Shown in pieces: positions 56,295-64,000 of a DNA stretch of 64,000 nt. Positions within the stretch are counted from its first letter, which is position 1. Each line of letters starts with the position of its first letter. Below the pieces are notes generated by a model that worked only from the letters and a program-made list of their open reading frames with translations, ran no database searches and was not told where the DNA came from. The position numbers and the translations under genes are program-made. The stretch is taken from assembly GCA_963715335.1 (NCBI GenBank), contig CAVQRZ010000014.1:1-64000 (forward strand). The letters are read 5' to 3'. Source of the DNA: an uncultured delta proteobacterium (GTDB lineage: Bacteria; Desulfobacterota; Desulfuromonadia; Desulfuromonadales; BM103).

Positions 56295-56480
56295 ATGTCT
56301 CTGGTGAGAACCTGGTATACCCCGGAAGCGGCAGCAGACAAGTTCGGCATTAAACTCGCCCAGTTGATGGAGTGGGTGGAGGAAGGGTTGGTGCGTGCGG
56401 AAAAGGAAGCTGACAAGGTCGTACAGGTCAATATCGATGATGTGCGCATCGAGGTTGAGGCGATGGTTGGGCGTTCCTGA
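56295..56480 (+). CDS. Small helix-turn-helix (MerR-like) protein
   Basis: 61 aa; WY..E.AA.KFG......WVEEGLV; GGGAGG RBS. Confidence 0.7.
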   Translation: MSLVRTWYTPEAAADKFGIKLAQLMEWVEEGLVRAEKEADKVVQVNIDDVRIEVEAMVGRS

Positions 56481-56569
56481 CCTTCGCGAACTGATCGCCG
56501 GAAAAAAGCGGGCAGGGTTCCTCTGCCTTCTCAGGCTGCTGGCAATGTTCAGCCTGCATTCATCATAGA

Positions 56570-57128
56570 AAGGGCAACAGATGGTTCATCTGTTGCCCTT
56601 TGCTATTTTTCTGGAATTCAAAGACTTAAAAGCAAAACCGGCGGGTCGCGCCCGCCCGACGCCATACTCTTTTCCGGCAACAAAGAGTAAGCAGAAAAGG
56701 GCCTTCTCCTTGCGGAGGGCATGTCTGTGCTCGGAATGTCGGTGACCTCAAAACCTCTGTGATGGGGATCCGGCCCTGTGTCAAAGGGCCTGACGCTTCC
56801 CGTGCGACTTACAGGAGCCAAAGCTCTTAAGAGCCTCTCCTGCCGATGCAAGTCTCCACAGATAGGAGAGGCTCTCAAGAGCCTCGGCTCCTGAATCGGG
56901 GGAAGCGTAGGCCCTTTGACCAGGTCCGGATCCCATCCGCAGATTTGAAGTTGCAGCCATCCGAGCCAGACATGCCCACCGCAAGGCGCAGGCCCTTTTC
57001 TGCTTACTCTTTTGGGCCGGACAAAAGAGTAAGGCGCAGTCGGGGGGCGCAACCCGCCGGGTTTTGCTTTTGACTTTGAATTCCAGAATACAATAGCTTA
57101 GGGCAACAGATTAACCATCTGTTGCCCT
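56570..57128 (-). repeat. Large palindromic dispersed element, copy 6 (complete and most symmetric)
   Basis: 56570-56841 aligns over its whole length with the reverse complement of 56864-57128; terminal hairpins at both ends. Confidence 0.93.
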
Positions 57129-57227
57129 AAGCTTCATAGCAACTTCCACTTGCCAGGTAAAAAAACAACCCCCGCATCGGTGCGAGGGCTGTCAACAATC
57201 TAAGCGGGCGGGGTTTTCCCGTCCGCT

Positions 57228-57515
57228 TTAACAACTCCCGCCACAGTCGCAATTTGGCTCCCCGCCGGTCAGCCAGCCGTTGATTATCGCGCTGGCACAG
57301 CCGACCCCGGCTTTCACTGTCAGGGCCTCGACCGGGCAGTTTCTGGCACAGGCCCCGCACTCGATGCAGGCATCCAGGTCAACAATCTGTGCCTCGCGCT
57401 CCTCGATTGCAAAAACTCCGTGCGGACAGACCACGGCACACATGCCGCAGCCGATGCATTTTTCCGGGTCAAGTAAGAGGGTACTGACATCCGCCAAATA
57501 TCTGAGATCGCTCAT
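57228..57515 (-). CDS. hgcB: HgcB-like 2[4Fe-4S] ferredoxin
   Basis: LRYL..V.TL.LD..KCIGCGMC..VCPH, DACIECGAC..NCP, GVGCA..II.GW and Cys-rich tail; GGAGG RBS. Confidence 0.75.
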   Translation of the reverse strand: MSDLRYLADVSTLLLDPEKCIGCGMCAVVCPHGVFAIEEREAQIVDLDACIECGACARNCPVEALTVKAGVGCASAIINGWLTGGEPNCDCGGSC

Positions 57516-57544
57516 CGGAAGCCTCCAGAGGCTGTTGTGAATTG

Positions 57545-58348
57545 TTAGCAGACCTTGTCTGTCTTGTGCCACTCGGCGAGATGCTGCCGGATAAAGTCAA
57601 CCACGCGCTGCTGTTCTTCCTGGCCTTTACCGGTCACTTCGAAGGGCTCTCCGAAGGCAAAATGAATGGTCCTGTCCGGGTGAATAGGACCGAAGTCCTT
57701 GGCCTTTTTGCCGGCCGACCAGGCCCAGGTCAGCAGCGCGACAGGAACCACAAGGGCATTGGCTTTTTTCGCGAGTTTGATGCCGATGCTGTTAAATTGT
57801 TGAGTGTCGAATTCCACCGTGCGGGTGTGTTGGGGGAAGATGACCAGTGAGTGACCCTGCTCCAGGCGCCTGGAGCCTTCCTCCATGACCACCTTGAGGT
57901 CATCGCGCGGGTTGACGCGATCAACGACAACCGGGTCGCGGGTCCTGACGATATTGCCGAAGACCGGGTAGTTGACCAGGCTACGCTTGATGACGTAGGT
58001 CAGGTCGAAAACGTGCGGCATGATCAATGCGGGCAAGACGAAGGTCTCGAGTGTGCTCATATGGTTGCCGATAAAGACGCACGGCCGGTCGAGCCCGATG
58101 ATGTGCTCGATCCCGGTAATCTCAAGCCGGCAGCCGGTCTCTTCCAGGGCACGGACGACGTTGGCGCTGCTGTCATGCCACGACTTCGAATTGTAAATGC
58201 CGCGTTTTGCCTCGCAACTGGCTTTCCATACGATCAGGAAGTTTTTCAGATAGAAAGATGCTGACGGGAAGCTCCGGGTCAGCCAGCCGATCTTGCGTTC
58301 CGGACTGTGATACTCGGTACCCTGATAAAATGCCTTGATGTCGTTCAT
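57545..58348 (-). CDS. Lysophospholipid (1-acyl-sn-glycerol-3-phosphate) acyltransferase family protein
   Basis: NHMSTLE (HX4E variant), IK..L, IFP and VVPVAL. Confidence 0.82.
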   Translation of the reverse strand: MNDIKAFYQGTEYHSPERKIGWLTRSFPSASFYLKNFLIVWKASCEAKRGIYNSKSWHDSSANVVRALEETGCRLEITGIEHIIGLDRPCVFIGNHMSTLETFVLPALIMPHVFDLTYVIKRSLVNYPVFGNIVRTRDPVVVDRVNPRDDLKVVMEEGSRRLEQGHSLVIFPQHTRTVEFDTQQFNSIGIKLAKKANALVVPVALLTWAWSAGKKAKDFGPIHPDRTIHFAFGEPFEVTGKGQEEQQRVVDFIRQHLAEWHKTDKVC

Positions 58349-58362
58349 GGGGTCTTCTGTTC

Positions 58363-59517
58363 TTATGTCACGGTTTTTGCGCTGCGAAAACGAAAGATGA
58401 TAAAAGCGGTTGCCATACTCAGCCCGGCGCAGACAAAGAGCGCATTCAGACCGACCCAGTCGCCAATATAGCCCAATACCAGAGATCCTGCAAAGATTCC
58501 CGTATCTATGCCGCCGGTGAAGATTCCGGTTGCCTTGCCGCGCAGGTCGCCCGGCTCGTCACGTACGGCCATAGTGTTCAGGAGAGGGAAGAGCAGACCA
58601 TGGCCGATGCCGGAAAGCGCGCCGGCAATCCAGAGCATTAACGGGTTATAGGTGAAGGGGAGGATGAAAATTCCGGCAATGTAGAGCAGAATGCTGTAGG
58701 GCAGAATGGTCCGCTCGCCGACTTCATCGGCAATTCTGCCACCGACGAAGCGAATCGCAATCGCGCCGCCTGAATAACAGAAAAAATAGACCGAGATGTA
58801 GCCAAGCCCGCGCTCTTCGGCGAGTGGGGCGACAAAGCTTCCCGTGGCGGCCAGACCGACCCCGAACATAAGTGAGAGCAGGCCGACGACAATGAATTTC
58901 TCCCGCCCGAGCAGGCTGAAGAAGCTGATCTGCTGATCTGCCGCCGTGGTCTGCGTGTGGCTCTCCTTCAGCGGTTGGTGGGCGAACAGAGCAGCCACTG
59001 CCAGGGCGCCGGCGACCAGGAACAGGCCGGAAAAGCCGTAACGTGCCAGGGTGGCTTCCGCCAACAGCGGGCCGATCGCAATGCCGAGCAGGCCGGAAAT
59101 GCCGAACATGCCAATCCCTTCGTTGAGGCGGTCACGCGGCAGGATGTCTGCCATGAAGGTAAAGACCGCCGTAAAGCAGATGGCCAGGCCCACGCCATGT
59201 ACGAGGCGGAGCATGATAAACAGGGGGTACCCCGCACCGAGCGGATCGTGCAGGGTGGTATAGAGCAGGGGGGCGACCACCATCAGAATGCTGCCGAGAG
59301 TGTAACTGCGCTTGCGCCCGATGCGGTCGATCATGCTGGAAATCCAGGGCCGGCAGAGAGCGGACGCCATGGCGAATATGCCCATGACCAGGCCGACATC
59401 CCCCTGGTTGCCGCCTTGCTCCAGAACATAAAGCGGGAGCAGGAAAAATGCGCTGAAGCTGGCTGTGTGACAGAGGTTTGCCAGCGCCATGGCCCAGAAT
59501 GCAGGAGTGTAGAGCAT
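58363..59517 (-). CDS. MFS transporter
   Basis: About 12 hydrophobic segments; D..GRK and G..AD..G motif A. Confidence 0.88.
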   Translation of the reverse strand: MLYTPAFWAMALANLCHTASFSAFFLLPLYVLEQGGNQGDVGLVMGIFAMASALCRPWISSMIDRIGRKRSYTLGSILMVVAPLLYTTLHDPLGAGYPLFIMLRLVHGVGLAICFTAVFTFMADILPRDRLNEGIGMFGISGLLGIAIGPLLAEATLARYGFSGLFLVAGALAVAALFAHQPLKESHTQTTAADQQISFFSLLGREKFIVVGLLSLMFGVGLAATGSFVAPLAEERGLGYISVYFFCYSGGAIAIRFVGGRIADEVGERTILPYSILLYIAGIFILPFTYNPLMLWIAGALSGIGHGLLFPLLNTMAVRDEPGDLRGKATGIFTGGIDTGIFAGSLVLGYIGDWVGLNALFVCAGLSMATAFIIFRFRSAKTVT

Positions 59518-59629
59518 CGGATCTTAACCGTTCGGAGCGGGATTCGCGGCTATTCTGGCTGGTCACATGTGGGGAGTCAAGATTAACCCGCAGAGGTGCG
59601 GATCGCGAAGAGCGAAAATAATCAGCAGG

Positions 59630-60190
59630 TCATTGAACATCGGCATAACCGCTGCCGATCGCGGTGAAGGGCAGGTCGAGGCTCAGCCCCGGGACCTGCC
59701 TGGCAACCCAGGCGGTGAAGGTGTTGCTGTTCGGTCCGGGGAATACCTTGTAGGTGGTTTTCCATGGGTAGTCCTCGGCAGCCCGGTGGACGGCATTGAT
59801 CAGGTCGTCGACCCCTGTCCCTCTGTGCTCCACGAGGATCCGTGGTTTTTCACCGAACCAGTAACGGTCGGGAATGTCTTTGTCGATCCGCATAACCGGT
59901 TGGCCGCGATGTCCGCGCCAGCCGACCACGTCGTAGACCGTGTAAGCCGTTTCGCCGGTGCGTTTGGCGGCGATCCAGGTGTGAATAGCGAGCCAGCCAC
60001 GCCAACCCCAGGCCCTGGCACCGTAGACATGCAGGACGGCTTCTTCTGTAACGGCAGGGTCGGGCGCGATCCCAGCAGATTCGCGGCTGGCAGTGCGCCA
60101 GTCCTTGCTGGGGGAACAATTAACCAAGGCCATACCTATTGCCAAGATCATCGGTAAGATGATCAGTGCTTTTCTCAGATAGCGTTTCAA
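59630..60190 (-). CDS. DUF3750 domain protein
   Basis: W..A.R.S.G.AP, H.WI, PD..WFG and PGPNSNTF. Confidence 0.8.
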   Translation of the reverse strand: MKRYLRKALIILPMILAIGMALVNCSPSKDWRTASRESAGIAPDPAVTEEAVLHVYGARAWGWRGWLAIHTWIAAKRTGETAYTVYDVVGWRGHRGQPVMRIDKDIPDRYWFGEKPRILVEHRGTGVDDLINAVHRAAEDYPWKTTYKVFPGPNSNTFTAWVARQVPGLSLDLPFTAIGSGYADVQ

Positions 60191-60288
60191 GCGGAACTCC
60201 GTTTATCATTTCCTCTGATTATAGACCATGTGTTTGTGTCGTGGGAAGCCCGGGAACCGATTCATCCTGGAGATGTCTCAAGAAACCT

Positions 60289-60810
60289 CTAGAATCTCCC
60301 GACTGCAACCAGTCGGCCCTTCCAGTAGGGATTCTCCAGGCTGGCATAACTGACGCCTTTGCCGGATGAGGGGGCATGGATAAAACGGTTGTTGCCGGCA
60401 TAGATGCCGACATGGGCGATTTTTTTCGATGAGATGGTGAAGAAGACCAGGTCACCTGCCTGCAGGTTGCCGGGATTGACCAGGTCGCTGGCTCTGAAGA
60501 TGTCCTGCGAAGTGCGTGGCAGTTTTAACCCGGCCTTCGCGTATGAATATTGCACCAGTCCGCTGCAATCGAATCCGCGCGAGTCTGCGCCGCCGTAGCG
60601 ATAGGCGACACCGAGCATGCTGCGGGCGGCATCGAGGGCAACCCTCCCGGCATTGCTGGTCGCAGGGCCAACCTCGACGGGTGCTTCTGTCTTGCCGATG
60701 GAGGTCGCCGTTTTCGGTGTGGGTCCGGAGATCCCGGAACACGCTGCGAGCAACAGGACCGGCAGCAGAAATACGATGCCGACCGCCATTTTTCGTAAAC
60801 TACGGGACAT
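60289..60810 (-). CDS. NlpC/P60 (C40) peptidase lipoprotein
   Basis: Lipobox LAAC; Y.YGG, GFDCSGL, GDLVFF, HVGIY and FIHA. Confidence 0.92.
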   Translation of the reverse strand: MSRSLRKMAVGIVFLLPVLLLAACSGISGPTPKTATSIGKTEAPVEVGPATSNAGRVALDAARSMLGVAYRYGGADSRGFDCSGLVQYSYAKAGLKLPRTSQDIFRASDLVNPGNLQAGDLVFFTISSKKIAHVGIYAGNNRFIHAPSSGKGVSYASLENPYWKGRLVAVGRF

Positions 60811-60983
60811 AAATCGTCCATTCCGTTAGAGCAGGGCCATGTTTGGTCTCACTATCAACAGAATCAAGCAAGCATTGTTCCAAGATTGTGAAGATGGCTG
60901 GCGATTACCGGGATTGCCCTTTGCCAAGCGGCATCGAATTGAGGTATCTTGAAAATGCATTTTTGCTGATGGAAGGGAACAGG

Positions 60984-63629
60984 ATGACGGACGATCTGCA
61001 GACTACTTATCTCAAAGATTATTGCCCCCCGGTGCACCTGGTCGATAGCGTTGACCTGCATGTTGACTTGGCCCCTGAAAAGACCCGGGTTCGGGCCAGG
61101 CTGCAGATGCGCGCAAACCCGGATGGCTATGAACAGCCCGCGCAGCTTTACCTGCATGGCCGACGGCTTGAACTTCTGAGCGTTATGCTCGATGGCCGGG
61201 AACTTGCCAGTCATGAGTTCTGCCTGGATAACGAAGGGATGACGATCCCCGGTGTCCCGGAGAAGTTTGTTCTGGAGACGCTGGTCGAGGTCAACCCGCA
61301 GGCCAACACGGCCCTCGAGGGGTTGTATCGTGCCAGCGACATCTACTGCACCCAGTGCGAAGCCCAGGGCTTTCGCAAAATCACCTTCTTCCCTGACCGG
61401 CCTGACGTCATGGCCCGTTACACGACAACCCTGACGGCGGATGCCGATAGCACCCCCGTCCTGCTGGCCAACGGCAACCTGGTTGACTCAGGGGCGCTGA
61501 AAGACGGGCGGCACTTCGCAACCTTTGTAGACCCTTTCCCGAAGCCGAGCTATCTGTTTGCCCTGGTGGCCGGCCGGCTGACGATGATTGAAGACCGTTT
61601 CATGACCATGACCGGCCGCGCAGTCAGCCTGCAGATTTACGTCGAAGAGCGTAACCGCCACAAGTGTGACCACGCCATGTTGTCACTGAAGAACGCGATG
61701 CGCTGGGACGAACAGACCTACGGCCTGGAATACGACCTCGATGAGTACAAGATCGTCGCGGTTGACGATTTCAACATGGGGGCGATGGAAAACAAGGGGC
61801 TGAACGTTTTTAACTCCAAGTATGTCCTGGCCAGGCCGGAGACGGCGACGGATGCTGACTACCAGGGGATCGAGGGCGTCATCGCCCATGAATATTTCCA
61901 CAACTGGACCGGCAACCGGGTTACCTGTCGCGACTGGTTCCAACTCAGTCTCAAGGAAGGACTGACGGTCTTCCGAGACCAGGAATTCTCCGCTGCTATG
62001 GGGTCCCGCGCCGTCAAGCGGATTGATGACGTGCGCCTGCTACGCAACATCCAGTTTCCTGAGGATGCCGGCCCCATGGCGCACCCGGTCCGTCCTGATT
62101 CGTACATCGAGATCAATAATTTCTACACTGCGACAGTCTATAACAAGGGCGCTGAAGTGATTCGCATGTACCAGGCCCTGCTCGGCGAAGAGGGATACAA
62201 AAACGGCCTGAGACTGTATTTTGAACGCCATGACGGCCAGGCGGTTACCACGGATGATTTTCTCGCCGCCATGGCTGATGCCAACGACTTCGACCTTGAT
62301 CAGCTGCGCACCTGGTACAACCAGTCTGGTACGCCGATGCTCGATATCTCGGGCGACTATGACGAAGAGACACGGCAGTACAGGCTGCACGTCAGGCAGT
62401 CCTGCCCGGCCACACCCGGTCAGCCGGACAAGCAACCCTTCCTGATCCCTTTGCAGATCGGGCTGGTTGGCCCCGACGGTCAGGATCTGCCCTTGCAGCT
62501 TGTCGGAGAGGAATGCCAGGAGGGAACTTCGCGTACCCTGCGAGTCACCGCATCGGAACAGACTTTCGACTTTGTCAATCTGCCGGATGCTCCGATTCCG
62601 TCGTTGCTGCGTAATTACTCCGCACCGGTCAAGGTCAACTTCCCCTACGGCCGTGAGGATTTGGCCTTCCTGTTTGCTCACGACAGTGATGCTTTCAATC
62701 GCTGGGAGGCGGGACAACGCCTGGCGACGGATGTAATCCTCGAGCTTGTGTCAGCCTTTAAAGACGATCGGAGCCCGAAAGTACCGGAGACCTTCGTGGC
62801 CGCTTTTCGCACGGCCCTGACTGACTGTCAGGCTGACCCTGCACTCCTGGCGCTGGCTTTGACGCTGCCGGCTGAACCTGAATTGGCAGAAGCCATGATT
62901 GTCGCAGACCCTGCCGCAATCCACGCCGCCAGACAGGGACTGCGCAAGGCTCTGGCCGAGGAACTGGCCGGGGATTTCAGGCTGGTTATGGCGACGATGC
63001 AGGATCGCGGCTTGTACTCGCCCGATTCCGTCTCTATTGGCCGGCGCAGCCTGAAGAACCTTTGCCTGGCTTATCTCTCGCTTGTCGATGCCGCGGAGAT
63101 CCATCAGGCTTGCTTCGATCAGTACGTCGACACCGACAACATGACTGACCGTATGGCAGCCTTGACCTGCCTGGTGCACAACCGCCTGCCTAAATACCAG
63201 GAAGCGCTTGCCGCCTTTTACCACCGATTCCAGGATGACCCGCTGGTGGTCGACAAGTGGTTCAGCCTGCAGGCGACGGCGCCGCAGCCGGAGACCCTGG
63301 AACAGGTCAGGGAGCTGATGGGACATCCGGCGTTCACCATGCGCAATCCGAACCGGGTTCGTTCCCTGATCGGTGCCTTTGCCCATGGCAACCCAGCATG
63401 TTTCCACGACCCGTCCGGTGCCGGTTATGCCTTTGTTGCAGACCGGGTCCTTGAACTGGATGCGACAAACCCGCAGGTTGCCGCCAGGATGTTGGCGCCG
63501 CTCAGCAGATGGAAGCGCTACGCACAGGAATACCAGGCATTGATGCGTGACCAACTCGAGCGGATCAGGCGGCATGCAAAGCTGTCGAACGACGTCGGTG
63601 AAATTGTCGAAAAGAGCCTGTTGAACTAG
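60984..63629 (+). CDS. pepN: Aminopeptidase N
   Basis: TQCEA.GFR, GAMENKGLN, HEYFH...KEG and YNKGAE; start moved to ATG 60984. Confidence 0.96.
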   Translation: MTDDLQTTYLKDYCPPVHLVDSVDLHVDLAPEKTRVRARLQMRANPDGYEQPAQLYLHGRRLELLSVMLDGRELASHEFCLDNEGMTIPGVPEKFVLETLVEVNPQANTALEGLYRASDIYCTQCEAQGFRKITFFPDRPDVMARYTTTLTADADSTPVLLANGNLVDSGALKDGRHFATFVDPFPKPSYLFALVAGRLTMIEDRFMTMTGRAVSLQIYVEERNRHKCDHAMLSLKNAMRWDEQTYGLEYDLDEYKIVAVDDFNMGAMENKGLNVFNSKYVLARPETATDADYQGIEGVIAHEYFHNWTGNRVTCRDWFQLSLKEGLTVFRDQEFSAAMGSRAVKRIDDVRLLRNIQFPEDAGPMAHPVRPDSYIEINNFYTATVYNKGAEVIRMYQALLGEEGYKNGLRLYFERHDGQAVTTDDFLAAMADANDFDLDQLRTWYNQSGTPMLDISGDYDEETRQYRLHVRQSCPATPGQPDKQPFLIPLQIGLVGPDGQDLPLQLVGEECQEGTSRTLRVTASEQTFDFVNLPDAPIPSLLRNYSAPVKVNFPYGREDLAFLFAHDSDAFNRWEAGQRLATDVILELVSAFKDDRSPKVPETFVAAFRTALTDCQADPALLALALTLPAEPELAEAMIVADPAAIHAARQGLRKALAEELAGDFRLVMATMQDRGLYSPDSVSIGRRSLKNLCLAYLSLVDAAEIHQACFDQYVDTDNMTDRMAALTCLVHNRLPKYQEALAAFYHRFQDDPLVVDKWFSLQATAPQPETLEQVRELMGHPAFTMRNPNRVRSLIGAFAHGNPACFHDPSGAGYAFVADRVLELDATNPQVAARMLAPLSRWKRYAQEYQALMRDQLERIRRHAKLSNDVGEIVEKSLLN

Positions 63630-63710
63630 GTGAGATTTTGGATTTGTTGAATCGGTTCAAGGCCTTGATGGCACTTCATCGCCGCTTCAACACCCCAACT
63701 CGAGGTTGAG

Positions 63711-64000
63711 ATGAAACCTGTGACCAGAAATGTCCTGATCATTGGCTGCGGCGATATCGGCGTTCGAGTGGCCAGAATATTTCAGGCCTCGGGCGGCAGG
63801 GTTGCCGGCCTGGCTCGCTCCGGGGCAGGTGCGGAGCGCCTGCGGAGTTTCGATATCGAACCTGTCATGGGTAATCTGGACGATGCCGATTCCCTGGTGG
63901 AATTGCCGATCAAGGGAAACCTGGTCTTCTACTTTGCCCCGCCTCCCGGAGGTGGCCCGATTGACGGACGCATGCGCAGATTCTGTGACGTTGTCGGCGA
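63711..64000 (+). CDS. NAD-dependent epimerase/SDR family protein (5' part, runs off the window)
   Basis: My translation: MKPVTRNVLIIGCGDIG... with a Rossmann GxGxxG motif; frame stays open to the window end. Confidence 0.78.
   Translation, partial: MKPVTRNVLIIGCGDIGVRVARIFQASGGRVAGLARSGAGAERLRSFDIEPVMGNLDDADSLVELPIKGNLVFYFAPPPGGGPIDGRMRRFCDVVG

Overview
A GC-rich chromosomal housekeeping region, most likely from a Desulfuromonadales/Geobacter-like deltaproteobacterium (inferred from gene content and protein style). It encodes iron storage (ferritin, rubrerythrin-like), cobalamin (cobC, cbiET), polyamine (carboxy(nor)spermidine dehydrogenase, nspC, speA), thiamine (thiDE-thiC and thiF-S-G-H-E, each under a TPP riboswitch), purine (purH, purD, purE), cytochrome c maturation and disulfide (resB, ccsA, resA/ccdA/dsbB/dsbA), glyQS, ppdK, glpK and pepN functions, plus an hgcB-like ferredoxin with no adjacent hgcA. 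The unusual signal is non-coding. (1) Six copies of a ~480-560 bp element whose best copy is a full-length imperfect palindrome with nested hairpins; the copies sit next to gene 3' ends and several are enclosed by short IS-end-like motifs. (2) About 20 intergenic sites carry period-7 tandem arrays, mostly as inverted pairs of fixed polarity at operon junctions, in at least five sequence families. (3) An 8-mer ACGCAAAG repeat family. (4) A ~195 bp hairpin between purH and purD. No transposase, CRISPR array, rRNA or tRNA was seen. Three genes (purD, dsbA-like, FAH family) carry +1 frameshifts that are probably sequencing errors. All identity figures are by-eye estimates.
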